Of a DNA stretch of 64,000 nucleotides, positions 28,501 to 38,378 are shown piece after piece. The position numbers and the translations under genes were made by a program. The notes under the pieces are model-generated. The model had not been told where the DNA came from. It was given only the letters and a program-made list of their open reading frames with translations, and did not search any database. The DNA is from a virus, in IMG/VR virus record IMGVR_UViG_3300001683_000028, positions 3,891-67,890 of that record; one strand, 5' to 3'. The stretch's first letter is position 1; the number at the start of each line of letters is the position of its first letter.

Positions 28501-31500
28501 ATGACAAAAAGACGCGGGGCTGGTTTCATATCACTTCATAACCACACCGAGCTTGGCAGCCCCCTTGATGGAATGAATCGTGTTGATGAAATTTTCAAAA
28601 GAGCGAAAGAAGTTGACCATCCAGGAATAGCCATAACAGACCATGGCACTTTAGCTGCGCATTATGATTCTTTTTTAGAGTCAGAAAAAACAGGCGTGAA
28701 ATTAATTCCTGGAATTGAGGCTTATTTTGCAGATAATCTAGAAGAGAAGCGATCATATCATCTAGTTTTGCTACCAAAGTCTGAGGTCGGATATAAAAAT
28801 ATATTAAAATTAAACTATCTAGCTTATAAAAATCAAGTTTCGGGCTGGATGAGCAAGAAGACTCCGAGAATAACCTGGGAACATATAGAGAAATATAATA
28901 AAGATGTTATAGCATTAACTGCATGTCCGTCTGGACTTGTAGCTAGGACGTTAATAACTGAAGACAATGAGGATTTAGCGTGTCAGCATATAAAGAGGTT
29001 TAACTCTATATTTAGTGATGGCTTTTTTCTTGAGATTCAGCCACATTCACTAGATGTTACGACGGCCAAAGGGAAGCCTATTAGTCAACCAAGGTTAAAT
29101 GATGCTCTCATTAGGCTCTCTAGAGATATGAACATTCCATATGTGATAACATGTGACGCACATTATAGAGACGCTGAGCATGCTAAATACCATGATTTTA
29201 TGCTTGCAATAAAAGATAAAAAGGCATTAGATGATCCAAATAGGTTTAGGTATGGGGTACAAGATATGTACCTTAAAACGAGAGATGAAATAGTAGATTT
29301 TTTCGGGGATGATATTGCAACAATTGGTATGGAAAATACCATGAAGATTTATGATGCGTGTGATTACCCAGATTATCTTAGAGCGCGCGGACCTCAACTC
29401 CCAGTATATCCAGTAGTTGACTCTGAAGATTATTGCGAGTTTACCAAGTGGGATGAGTTATCTAACTCTGACCTAAGAGAGGACAAGCAATATCTTAGAT
29501 ACAAGTGTATTGAAGGCTTTAAGAAGAAATTTGGAGGCCTCCCGCATGACGAGAAGAAAATTTATTGGGATAGAGTAAAGACAGAGTTGGAAGTCTTGGA
29601 GGGTAAAGATTTTTCATCTTATATGCTTATAGTTTCTGATTATATAAATTGGGCGAAAAAACGAATGCCGGTAGGTACTGCAAGAGGCAGTAGCGCAGGG
29701 TCTTTGGTCGCGTATCTAATCGGGATAACAGGTGTGGACCCTATTAAGTATGATTTGATATTTGAAAGATTTCATAACAATCAAAAAACATCATTTCCTG
29801 ACATTGATACAGACTTTTCTAGGCCGGCGGAGGTAAAGAATTATCTTAAAAATAAATATGGAGAGACTAGAGTTGCCTCGATATCTAATATCGGCAGGCT
29901 AACTCCAAAGGTTGCGATAAAAGATTGTGCAAGAAGCCTGAGAATCGGCGGGGATAAGTCTACTGCGTTTAAGATTTCAAATATAATAACACAGAATATG
30001 CCTGACTCAAACTCCATTAGTGATGCCATAAAGAATAGTCCTCAATTGGCCGAATATATGAAGAAGTATCCGGAACTACATGAGTATGCCGATAAGCTTC
30101 AGAATTTAACCAGAAACTGGTCAACACACGCGGCAGGTATTGTAATTGGAAATGAGCCATTGTATAATTTCGTACCTCTAAGGGTAGATGATAAGGGGAA
30201 TACAGTTACGCAGTGGGAGAAGAATAGATGTGAAAAGAACGGCTTAATTAAGATGGATCTTCTTGGCTTAAAAACCTTGACTGTAATAGATGAAACTTTT
30301 AATCTAATAGAGAGGAAGACAGGGGAATCCTTATCTGTAGAGGATATAGATATAACCGATCAGAATGTTTATAAGATGCTAGGAAAAGGTGGTACTTCTG
30401 GAGTTTTCCAGTTAGAATCATCTTTAACTCCTTTGTGCATAAAGCTAAAACCAAGGTCAATTCAGGAAATTTCAGACATTAACGCAATTGGGAGACCATC
30501 ATGCAGCCCTGAATCTAGGGCTAGCTATATTCGCAGAAAGCTTGGAAGAGAGAAGTATGAAGTTGAGCATAAAAACTTAGAAAGAGCGTTGGGATCTACC
30601 TTCGGGATCCTTGTATATGAAGAGCAGGCAATGTTTATAGCTCAGGATGTCGCTGGGTGGGACTTGAATCAAGCTGATTCGCTCAGAAAACTTAGCAAGC
30701 TAAAGGGTAAGGATCCTGAGCTCGCTCTAAAAGTAGAGGCTGATTTTATAAGAGATTCAATGAAATATTCTAAAATAGGTATTAAGCTCGCGAATAAAAT
30801 ATGGAGTGATTATATAGAGGTTTTGCAGGGGTATAGCTTCAATAAGAGCCATTCTATATCTTATTCATTCATATCATATTATACCGCATGGTTGAGGCAT
30901 TATTACCCAGTGCAATTTATGTGTGCGCTTATGAACTCAGAAGATCAAAACAGTGATGCCGTCCAAGAGTACCTTGATCGGTGTAAATCTATGAATATAG
31001 AGGTCCTTCCTCCATCAATAAACAGAAGCAAGGGGATATATGAGGTTAGCGAGGATAAGATAGTTACAGGGTTTACCTCAATAAAGGGGATCGGAGAGAA
31101 GGCTGTAATTAGTTTGGCCGAGAATTCTTCAGTGAGAAGTTTTATAGAATTTATTACAAAAAATGATAGCAGAACTGTTGGGAAGACTGTTATACAGTCA
31201 TTAGCGAAGTCGGGTGCCTTAGATAGCTTCGGCCTAACTAGAAAGGATATGGCCGAGAATTATCAAAAGTATAGAACAAAAGCAAGGGCGGAGCTAAAAA
31301 AGGGAAAATCTATTGACGAAATTACGATTGAGCCTTATACTTCTGAGGAGTGGAACAGGAAGGAGCTGCTTCTTGGCGAGCGTGAGGTTCTTGGCCGATC
31401 AATAAGTGGAAGCTTACACGAGGTTTTCTCAAGCTTCTTTTCTGGCGGAGAAAATGTTTTAATATTATCTCGCCTACCAATTCTACAAAAGGGTGACTCG

Positions 31501-31746
31501 GTTCGGGTAGAGGCCATAATAAAGACGAAGATTAAAGAGTTTAAAATAAAGAATGGCAGAAATATTGGAAAGAAATTTGCCAAATACTTAATAGAAGATA
31601 TACATGGAAATACGGCAGGTAACAGGTTAAAGCCGCTATTAAATGATGGAATACCAATAAAGGCAATTTGCAGAGTTGGTGAGTATATGGATACGAAAGA
31701 CTTGTCCCTTAGCTCAATGGAAAGAATATATGGGAAAAATTTATGA
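28501..31746 (+). CDS. dnaE: DNA polymerase III alpha subunit (family C)
   Basis: PHP domain HNHT/TDHG/CDAHY; RGSSAGSL, FERF, PDIDTDF, HAAG, KMDLLGL, GVFQLES, FNKSH; C-terminal OB fold. Confidence 0.97.
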   Translation: MTKRRGAGFISLHNHTELGSPLDGMNRVDEIFKRAKEVDHPGIAITDHGTLAAHYDSFLESEKTGVKLIPGIEAYFADNLEEKRSYHLVLLPKSEVGYKNILKLNYLAYKNQVSGWMSKKTPRITWEHIEKYNKDVIALTACPSGLVARTLITEDNEDLACQHIKRFNSIFSDGFFLEIQPHSLDVTTAKGKPISQPRLNDALIRLSRDMNIPYVITCDAHYRDAEHAKYHDFMLAIKDKKALDDPNRFRYGVQDMYLKTRDEIVDFFGDDIATIGMENTMKIYDACDYPDYLRARGPQLPVYPVVDSEDYCEFTKWDELSNSDLREDKQYLRYKCIEGFKKKFGGLPHDEKKIYWDRVKTELEVLEGKDFSSYMLIVSDYINWAKKRMPVGTARGSSAGSLVAYLIGITGVDPIKYDLIFERFHNNQKTSFPDIDTDFSRPAEVKNYLKNKYGETRVASISNIGRLTPKVAIKDCARSLRIGGDKSTAFKISNIITQNMPDSNSISDAIKNSPQLAEYMKKYPELHEYADKLQNLTRNWSTHAAGIVIGNEPLYNFVPLRVDDKGNTVTQWEKNRCEKNGLIKMDLLGLKTLTVIDETFNLIERKTGESLSVEDIDITDQNVYKMLGKGGTSGVFQLESSLTPLCIKLKPRSIQEISDINAIGRPSCSPESRASYIRRKLGREKYEVEHKNLERALGSTFGILVYEEQAMFIAQDVAGWDLNQADSLRKLSKLKGKDPELALKVEADFIRDSMKYSKIGIKLANKIWSDYIEVLQGYSFNKSHSISYSFISYYTAWLRHYYPVQFMCALMNSEDQNSDAVQEYLDRCKSMNIEVLPPSINRSKGIYEVSEDKIVTGFTSIKGIGEKAVISLAENSSVRSFIEFITKNDSRTVGKTVIQSLAKSGALDSFGLTRKDMAENYQKYRTKARAELKKGKSIDEITIEPYTSEEWNRKELLLGEREVLGRSISGSLHEVFSSFFSGGENVLILSRLPILQKGDSVRVEAIIKTKIKEFKIKNGRNIGKKFAKYLIEDIHGNTAGNRLKPLLNDGIPIKAICRVGEYMDTKDLSLSSMERIYGKNL

Positions 31747-32216
31747 TTTTATGTAAAAAGTGTGGATTTGGAGTTCTTGAGGCTATGCGCCATGCACTAA
31801 AGAGTAATGCTTGTCCAAGTTGTGGAAAAACATTATTTGGAGACAGTCATGTGCAGGAAATGTCTGCGATTTCTGGAAGGATTAGGTCTCAAGAATTTTC
31901 TCAATCTTTGGGCGATGATATAATTTTTGATATATCTTTATTTATATTAGATAATTATTCAGACTTTAATGAGCCAGAAGATACTGCGTCAAGCCCAGAA
32001 GATGCTGCGTCAAGCCCAGATCATACTGGTGAGTCGCCAGAGGAGTCTCTAGAACTAATTAGAGATGAAATTCGCGGAGAAGCTATTTCTAGCATAAGCG
32101 AGTCAGAAGAGGATGATGAGACTGATGACATGAAGCTGTCAAGGCTTAAGCGAATGGCGAAAATGGCGGAAAATTTAGACAGAACAGGCCCCGCTGTAAG
32201 GCGAGTGACCACATGA
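31743..32216 (+). CDS. hypothetical protein with an N-terminal zinc ribbon
   Basis: CKKC...CPSC; acidic region with a short 21-nt repeat (PEDTASS/PEDAASS). Confidence 0.65.
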   Translation: MILCKKCGFGVLEAMRHALKSNACPSCGKTLFGDSHVQEMSAISGRIRSQEFSQSLGDDIIFDISLFILDNYSDFNEPEDTASSPEDAASSPDHTGESPEESLELIRDEIRGEAISSISESEEDDETDDMKLSRLKRMAKMAENLDRTGPAVRRVTT

Positions 32217-32509
32217 TAAGAGCCATAGCCAATAAGCGACTAGATATAAGTAATGATGAGCACTCTTACTTTAAGGCGATAAAAGAAGAGATTGGCATTG
32301 ATTCATTTAGAGGGCTATTTGCTACGGATGATAATGGTATTATTACAGCAATAACGCCACCTCCTGATAAATCAACGCCAATGGTTGTATTGTTTTTTGT
32401 TTTAAACATAATGATGAACCAAAGGCTTAGGGCTCTAGACAGAAAGATTGTTTCAAATAATTTTGAAGATAGATTAAGCGCACTAGAAGACAAAGTAAAG
32501 GAACTTTAA
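32213..32509 (+). CDS. hypothetical protein
   Basis: Coupled ORF with one hydrophobic segment. Confidence 0.6.
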   Translation: MIRAIANKRLDISNDEHSYFKAIKEEIGIDSFRGLFATDDNGIITAITPPPDKSTPMVVLFFVLNIMMNQRLRALDRKIVSNNFEDRLSALEDKVKEL

Positions 32510-32510
32510 A

Positions 32511-33071
32511 ATGTCTTTATTTAAGGATATTGTTAATATAAAGAATTTTTCTATAGAAAGCATAGATATTTCAGATATAGAAGACTTGGTTGGAAAACTC
32601 CCAAAAAATGGAGTTATAGACTTAAATATCTCAGAAAGGGGGCTGATTTATACACTGGAAGGGCAGAATATATGCCAAGAGCATATAGTTAAGATAGATA
32701 GGTTTATATCTATTCTTGATTCAAAGGCGAAGAAGGCCTGGTCAGAAGCAGCGCTCGAAAGGGCCAAGGTGCTTGGCCATAAGACTGGCAAAGATAAAGA
32801 GTGGTCGGCACAAGCAGATGATGATTATATTAAGGCGACAAACGAACTTGCATTGGCGAAGGCATGCAGAAAGTGGTTTGAGAATAAAATTAGTTACTTT
32901 TCAGGGTGGCACTATGCGTTTAAGTCTTTTATGAAGAGAGATTATTCTATAGAAAATGCTACAAGCCTAAACTTATCCAGGTATAATGGTGGCTCTGCGA
33001 AAGAGCTGGAGCCATATCCCTCTAAGGCAGAGGATAAAAATGATAACTGGGGAGAGATTGATTGGGAATAA
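32511..33071 (+). CDS. UvsY-like recombination mediator (tentative)
   Basis: Helical protein with a K.DKE..AQADDDYIK..L pattern; sits directly before the SSB and near RecA. Confidence 0.45.
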   Translation: MSLFKDIVNIKNFSIESIDISDIEDLVGKLPKNGVIDLNISERGLIYTLEGQNICQEHIVKIDRFISILDSKAKKAWSEAALERAKVLGHKTGKDKEWSAQADDDYIKATNELALAKACRKWFENKISYFSGWHYAFKSFMKRDYSIENATSLNLSRYNGGSAKELEPYPSKAEDKNDNWGEIDWE

Positions 33072-33171
33072 AGATTTTATCGAGTAAAATATGTTTGCTC
33101 GAAAATAATCGGCAATGGGCCGAAATTACAAAATAGCAGCAAGGAGCTGCAGAAAAGGAAAAGGTAAAAGT

Positions 33172-33789
33172 ATGTCAGGTATGGTATTTGGAGAAGTAGA
33201 TTGGAACGCAGCAGATTCTGGCGGAAAGTCTGATTTTATGCGACTAGAGGAGGGTGAGAATATTGCGAGAGTCATGGGTAACCCAGTGCAATTTTATGTT
33301 CACTGGCTAACCCTTCCGGACGGTTCTAAGCGGAAGGTAAACAGCCCAATTGACACACCTCAGCTGGTAAGAAGGCTTGAAGACTCTGGCTTCAAGAGGC
33401 AGGCAAGATGGCTGATCAAAGTTTTAAACAGAAACGGTGAGGAGTTTCAGGTCCTTGAGGTTGGCTCTCAGGTTTATAACGGCGTTAAGAGCCTCTATAA
33501 CAATAGTAGGTGGGGAAAGGTTACTAATTATGATATAACGATTAATCGTGGCCCAAAGGGGTCTCAGCCGTTGTATAGCGTAACTCCAAATCCGAAGGAG
33601 CAAATTCCCTCGGAATTAAAGTCCGAGTATGTTGAATTTAATGATAGAATTAACGTAGAAAAGTTAATTACTCCAGCCACTGCAACGGAGATTTGTGAGC
33701 TAATGAGTTGGAACGTATCAGAATATGAGGGTGAGTCCTCAGACCCTGAGGTTGGTGACAGTGAAGAATTTGGATTCGATTTTGAGTAA
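33172..33789 (+). CDS. single-stranded DNA-binding protein (gp32-like)
   Basis: FMRLEEGENIARV..HW..YDITINRGPKGSQPLYSV; acidic/aromatic C-tail EEFGFDFE; start chosen at ATG 33172 behind AAGG. Confidence 0.7.
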   Translation: MSGMVFGEVDWNAADSGGKSDFMRLEEGENIARVMGNPVQFYVHWLTLPDGSKRKVNSPIDTPQLVRRLEDSGFKRQARWLIKVLNRNGEEFQVLEVGSQVYNGVKSLYNNSRWGKVTNYDITINRGPKGSQPLYSVTPNPKEQIPSELKSEYVEFNDRINVEKLITPATATEICELMSWNVSEYEGESSDPEVGDSEEFGFDFE

Positions 33790-33810
33790 ATAAAATTACA
33801 CTCTGCCTGT

Positions 33811-33850
33811 AAAGCGCATATAAACATTATAATTTATATGCGCTTTTTTT
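33811..33850 (+). terminator. rho-independent terminator
   Basis: AAAGCGCATATAAA-cattataa-TTTATATGCGCTTT followed by TTTT after the SSB gene. Confidence 0.85.
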
Positions 33851-33857
33851 GTATTTC

Positions 33858-33867
33858 TTACTAATTA
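33858..33867 (+). promoter_or_regulatory. YTAYTAATW motif
   Basis: TTACTAATTA then TAGTATAAT, just after the terminator and before ruvC-groEL-recA. Confidence 0.55.
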
Positions 33868-33883
33868 TTAGTATAATTCTTTC

Positions 33884-34438
33884 ATGGAAAAGGTTTTATC
33901 ACTTGATATCAGTTCGTCAACAATTGGTTGGGGACTAATTTATTTTCATAATAACTTAATAACGTTCAAGGGAAGTGGCCACATCAAGCCTCCAAGCAAG
34001 GCTGCTGCTGAAAAAAAATCTTTTGGATTAAGCTATAGGCTGAATGAAATTGCGAAATCAGCACAAAAGTTGTTAACAGATGTTGCTCCAGATGTAGTCA
34101 TCGTGGAAGACTATGCTAGGAAATTTTCAAGAGGGAAAAGTTCTGCAAATACAATAATAGTATTAGCAACTGTGAATGAGACTGTATCGCTAGAGGTATT
34201 TAAGTTTCTTGGCAAGGAGGCGGTAAGGCTTCCGGTATCAAGAATAAGAAAAATATTGAGGGACGAATATGAAATGCCCCTGAATGATAAGGATGATATC
34301 ATTAGTTTTATGGCAACCATGTTTGGTGACTTTAAGCCTATAAAAAATAAGGTAGGCAATACAAAAAAAGAATGTTTTGATGAAGCAGATGCTTTAGCGG
34401 CCGGTTTGGCCTATTGTATTAGTGAACTAAAAAGATAA
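33884..34438 (+). CDS. ruvC: RuvC-like Holliday junction resolvase
   Basis: VLSLDISSSTIGW, VIVED and DEADALA RNase H-fold acidic residues. Confidence 0.8.
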   Translation: MEKVLSLDISSSTIGWGLIYFHNNLITFKGSGHIKPPSKAAAEKKSFGLSYRLNEIAKSAQKLLTDVAPDVVIVEDYARKFSRGKSSANTIIVLATVNETVSLEVFKFLGKEAVRLPVSRIRKILRDEYEMPLNDKDDIISFMATMFGDFKPIKNKVGNTKKECFDEADALAAGLAYCISELKR

Positions 34439-34450
34439 GGATTTACTTAT

Positions 34451-36091
34451 ATGTCTAAAATAATTATAAGCAGTGTAGAGGCGAGAGAGAAGATAGTTAA
34501 TGGAGTATCTAAGCTCGCAGGCGCAGTTTCAGCAACCATGGGGCCTCAAGGCAAGAATGTTATAATCGGTAAGTTTGTTGGTGCTCCTGTAATAACGAAA
34601 GATGGGGTTTCTGTTGCAAGGGAGATCGTTCTGGATGATGTTATGGAAGACCTCGCATGTCAATTGGTAAAGGAAGTGGCCGGAAGAACGGCGGATATAG
34701 CAGGGGACGGAACCACAACGGCAACGGTACTTGTTGACGAAATGATGAGAAGGGGCTCTGATCTTATGAGCTCTGGATACAGTCCCTTGAAGTTTAAGGA
34801 GGGGCTCAATTGGGCGGTCGATAGGGTTGTCGATAGCCTAAATGTTCTTTCGAAGCCAGTTGAAGATTTCGGAACACTTAAGTCTGTTGCGTCAATATCT
34901 TCAAATAATGATTATGAGATGGGCGGAAGCATAGCTGATGCGTTTGAGCTGGTTGGGTTTGATGGCACTGTTTCTGCAGAGGCATCTCCTGGCCCTGGAT
35001 ATTCGGTTAGAGAGATAGACGGAATTGAGCTTAAAAGCGGATATATATCCCCATCTTTTCTTGAGGATGGAAAGTCATCTGTAATTATGGAAAAATCTAG
35101 CGTTCTTATTTTAAACGAAGAGCTGACACATTTAAACGAGTGTCTGCCGATGCTTAATGAGTTATCGAATAATAATAAGCCTATTTTAATTATTGCAAAG
35201 TCAGTAAAGCAGGAGGCTCTGAATACGCTTCTTGCAAATAATAAAATTGGAAGACTAAGGGTTGCTGCGATTGAAATTCCAACATTTGGGAAGAACCAAA
35301 GAGAGTGGCTGGATGATTTGTCAATATTGCTGGGAACGAAGATTGTTGGGAATGACGGAGTAAGGCTAAGGGATATTTCAATCGAAGATTTGGGTGCTGC
35401 ATCCAAGGTTATTGTCGGGAAACATTCTACCAGGATTTTAGAAGGTGCTGCTTCACTAGAGAGCAAGGAGGCTAAGTTAGCGCAGTACAAGGAGGATTTT
35501 AAAATTTTAATATCAGATTCTGACAGAAGAGACATTGAGAGTAGAATGGCCTTTTTAAATGGAAGGGCGGCAGTAATAACTGTCGGATACTCTACAGAGC
35601 TTGAACTTAGAGAGAAGGGGGATAGGATCGATGATGCTCTTTCGGCCACAAGGGCAGCGATTGATGAGGGCTACGTTGCGGGCGGAGGAGTAACTCTTGC
35701 AAAAATTGCAAGCTCAATGGATTTATCAGAATTAAACGAAGATCTTCATCCAGCTGCAGATGTTGTTCTTAAGGCATGCCTTAGGCCTATATCTCAAATA
35801 TTGTCTAATGGCTTTTTAGATCATAGTGAGATAATAGCAAAGGTTTTAAAGTCTAAAGATGTTGACTTTGGGTATAATGCTGCAACAAACGAATACGGTA
35901 ATATGATTGAGTTTGGAGTTCTTGACCCAAAGAAGGTTACGAGAGTTGCTCTACAAAATGCTGCAAGTATAGCACTTCTTCTTCTAAACACAGATGTAAT
36001 AATTGCAGAAAAGCCGGAAGATCCATCGTCATGGCAACCGCCTGCTGGCTGGAGGCCTCCAGCTGATAATAATTTAAACCATAAATATTGA
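34451..36091 (+). CDS. groEL: GroEL-like chaperonin
   Basis: TMGPQG, ITKDGVSVA, AGDGTTTATV, ELREKGDRIDDALSATRAA, AGGG, LDPKKVTR. Confidence 0.95.
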   Translation: MSKIIISSVEAREKIVNGVSKLAGAVSATMGPQGKNVIIGKFVGAPVITKDGVSVAREIVLDDVMEDLACQLVKEVAGRTADIAGDGTTTATVLVDEMMRRGSDLMSSGYSPLKFKEGLNWAVDRVVDSLNVLSKPVEDFGTLKSVASISSNNDYEMGGSIADAFELVGFDGTVSAEASPGPGYSVREIDGIELKSGYISPSFLEDGKSSVIMEKSSVLILNEELTHLNECLPMLNELSNNNKPILIIAKSVKQEALNTLLANNKIGRLRVAAIEIPTFGKNQREWLDDLSILLGTKIVGNDGVRLRDISIEDLGAASKVIVGKHSTRILEGAASLESKEAKLAQYKEDFKILISDSDRRDIESRMAFLNGRAAVITVGYSTELELREKGDRIDDALSATRAAIDEGYVAGGGVTLAKIASSMDLSELNEDLHPAADVVLKACLRPISQILSNGFLDHSEIIAKVLKSKDVDFGYNAATNEYGNMIEFGVLDPKKVTRVALQNAASIALLLLNTDVIIAEKPEDPSSWQPPAGWRPPADNNLNHKY

Positions 36092-36101
36092 GGTATTATT
36101 A

Positions 36102-37253
36102 ATGACCAGAAAGATTACAGAGAGTGAAGCGGAAAAGGAGATAAGAAAATTCTTTGGGGATGGGGTGGTATTTTTTGACGGAAATATAAATACCGCAGGA
36201 ACACATGACGCCATAAGCACTGGAAGCCCTGCGCTCGATGAAGCGATTGGAATAGGGGGAATCCCAAGGGGCAGGATAACTCAGCTGGCAGGACGAGAGA
36301 GCTCTGGGAAGACGATGTTATCCCTATCTTGTATAAAGAGCTATCTAAATCAGAATCCAAATAATACAGCGCTATTCATTGATGCGGAATATACGTATGA
36401 TCCGGAATGGGCCAAGAGTCAAGGGGTGGATATCTCTAGAGTCATGGTGATAAAGACTAATGATGCGAAAGAGATATTCGAGGGTCTCCTTGGGATAAAT
36501 AAAGTTAACTCTGTAACTAAAAAAGTATCCAAAAGTATGAAGGGAATACTAGATTACGTAATAGAGGGTGAAGATCCGAGGTTTAAAAATCTTGGAATAA
36601 TAGTTCTTGATTCGATAGCCGTTTTGAATACACCGCTTGAGGTTGCTGCTGCGGTTGGCAAGGCAAATATGGCACCTATACCTAGGTTTTTGTCTACAGA
36701 GCTAAAAAAATTAACACCAGCAGTTGCGCAAGCAAATGTGGCATTAATAGGGATAAACCAGGTGAGGGTTGATCTGGGGAAGATGTTCGGAGACCCATTG
36801 TCTTCTCCGGGCGGCAAGGCGCTTAAGCATGCTTGCAGCCTGATGATAAATATGGCCCCAATGTTTGGGTCAGATAATGTTATAAAAAATTCTTCTGACG
36901 AAAGAGTGGGTCATAAAGTTCGGGCGAAAATAGAAAAAAATAAGGTAGGAGCGCCATTTAAGAAGGCAGAATATTTTGTGGAGTATATGAAGGGAGCTGT
37001 AAACGGAGAACAGGAGATATTTGATCTTGCTGTAAAATATGGCCTGATAGAGCGTCCATCAGCTCAGAGTTATTTAATCGATGGCGAAAAAGTTCGTGGC
37101 AGAGATAATGCCGTCGTGGCAATGGCAAAGAATGAAGAATTAACTAACGCCCTTGACAAGAGGGTCAGAGAGCTATACACTGGCGGGGCCGACACGGCCG
37201 CAGAGAAGGGTCATGAGATTATTGAGAATACATTAATCTCATCTATAGAATAG
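36102..37253 (+). CDS. recA: RecA/UvsX recombinase
   Basis: ISTGS..LD..GGIPRGRI, GRESSGKT, FIDAE, VLDSIA, INQVR, PGGKALK, KNKVGAPF. Confidence 0.95.
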   Translation: MTRKITESEAEKEIRKFFGDGVVFFDGNINTAGTHDAISTGSPALDEAIGIGGIPRGRITQLAGRESSGKTMLSLSCIKSYLNQNPNNTALFIDAEYTYDPEWAKSQGVDISRVMVIKTNDAKEIFEGLLGINKVNSVTKKVSKSMKGILDYVIEGEDPRFKNLGIIVLDSIAVLNTPLEVAAAVGKANMAPIPRFLSTELKKLTPAVAQANVALIGINQVRVDLGKMFGDPLSSPGGKALKHACSLMINMAPMFGSDNVIKNSSDERVGHKVRAKIEKNKVGAPFKKAEYFVEYMKGAVNGEQEIFDLAVKYGLIERPSAQSYLIDGEKVRGRDNAVVAMAKNEELTNALDKRVRELYTGGADTAAEKGHEIIENTLISSIE

Positions 37254-37261
37254 GGGTAAAT

Positions 37262-37624
37262 ATGCTTGTAAGATGTAACGTTAATTGCCGGCAAAATGGG
37301 GGGATGACTGACGCATCGTTGGACGTAAAGACAAATTGTGTTGTATGCAATGATTGCGGGGATGAGTTGGTAAATATATCGTCTTATACAAAAGCTTCAA
37401 TGAAGATAGTTGGAGATATAATTCGGAGAAAAAATAGAAAAGCGTTTACTTTTTCATGTGAAGAGTGCGGTGAGTCGAAAGAAGTAGACGTTATTGGTGG
37501 CAAGGTTGTTGGCGCTGAGTGTGATTATGAAAATTTTAATTGTAAATTTTCAATTACAAATAATATGGTTGACGCTATAAAGATGATTCACCAAAATAAT
37601 ACTAAGGATTCTGAGAATGAATAG
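37262..37624 (+). CDS. Cys-rich putative zinc-binding protein
   Basis: CNVNC, CVVCNDC, CEEC and C..C motifs; overlaps the primase start. Confidence 0.65.
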   Translation: MLVRCNVNCRQNGGMTDASLDVKTNCVVCNDCGDELVNISSYTKASMKIVGDIIRRKNRKAFTFSCEECGESKEVDVIGGKVVGAECDYENFNCKFSITNNMVDAIKMIHQNNTKDSENE

Positions 37625-38378
37625 CTCAAATGAAGTGATTGCGCTAAATATACTTGCCGAAATTTGTCATTCAAATCTAAAGAACTCCAAAAAACTAACA
37701 AGTTATTTGATAGATAATAGGGGTATCTCCAGGGAAATGATAGATAAGTATAAGCTTGGTTTTTTCCCACAAAATCTAAAGAAGCTAACTAGTTTTGTAT
37801 CAGAATCGCTTTTGCTAAAACTTAATATCGCTGAGACTCCTTACCGTAGTCAATTCTCAGATTATTTTTCTTTAGTTTTCCCAATATATTCAGAATATGG
37901 AGATGCAAGGGGAATAAGCGGCAGAACTCTTCTTTCAGATATCGAAAGAAGAAGCATTGGAATTCCGAAGTATAAAAATAGCTCATATAAAAAGGCCGAT
38001 ATTCTCTACGGACTCAGAGAGTCTGTGAATTCAATAATTGAAACACAAAACGTCTATGTCGTTGAGGGCTATTTTGATAAAATAGCAATGGATTCTGCCG
38101 GTATAAAAAATGCAGTTGCAATTTGTGGCACTGCATTTTCTCAAAAGCATTTTTTAAAATTAACAAGATATACTGATAAAATAACTTTTATATTAGACTC
38201 CGATGATGCGGGGACAAAGTCCATGCAGAGAATATATGATAAGTATATAAACAAAGGCATTAAGTTGAGATTTCTAAGTGTTCCAGGGCCATTTAAAGAT
38301 GTAGATGAATTTTTTAGAGAAAATTCAATTACTGAATTTGAAAAAAGATTTATGCAAATAATTCCAGGGGCATGGTAA
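37617..38378 (+). CDS. dnaG: DnaG-type primase catalytic core (TOPRIM) lacking the zinc-binding domain
   Basis: YLIDNRGIS..LGF, FPI..GRT, KYKNS, VVEGYFD, GTAFS, DSDDAG, KDVDE. Confidence 0.9.
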   Translation: MNSSNEVIALNILAEICHSNLKNSKKLTSYLIDNRGISREMIDKYKLGFFPQNLKKLTSFVSESLLLKLNIAETPYRSQFSDYFSLVFPIYSEYGDARGISGRTLLSDIERRSIGIPKYKNSSYKKADILYGLRESVNSIIETQNVYVVEGYFDKIAMDSAGIKNAVAICGTAFSQKHFLKLTRYTDKITFILDSDDAGTKSMQRIYDKYINKGIKLRFLSVPGPFKDVDEFFRENSITEFEKRFMQIIPGAW

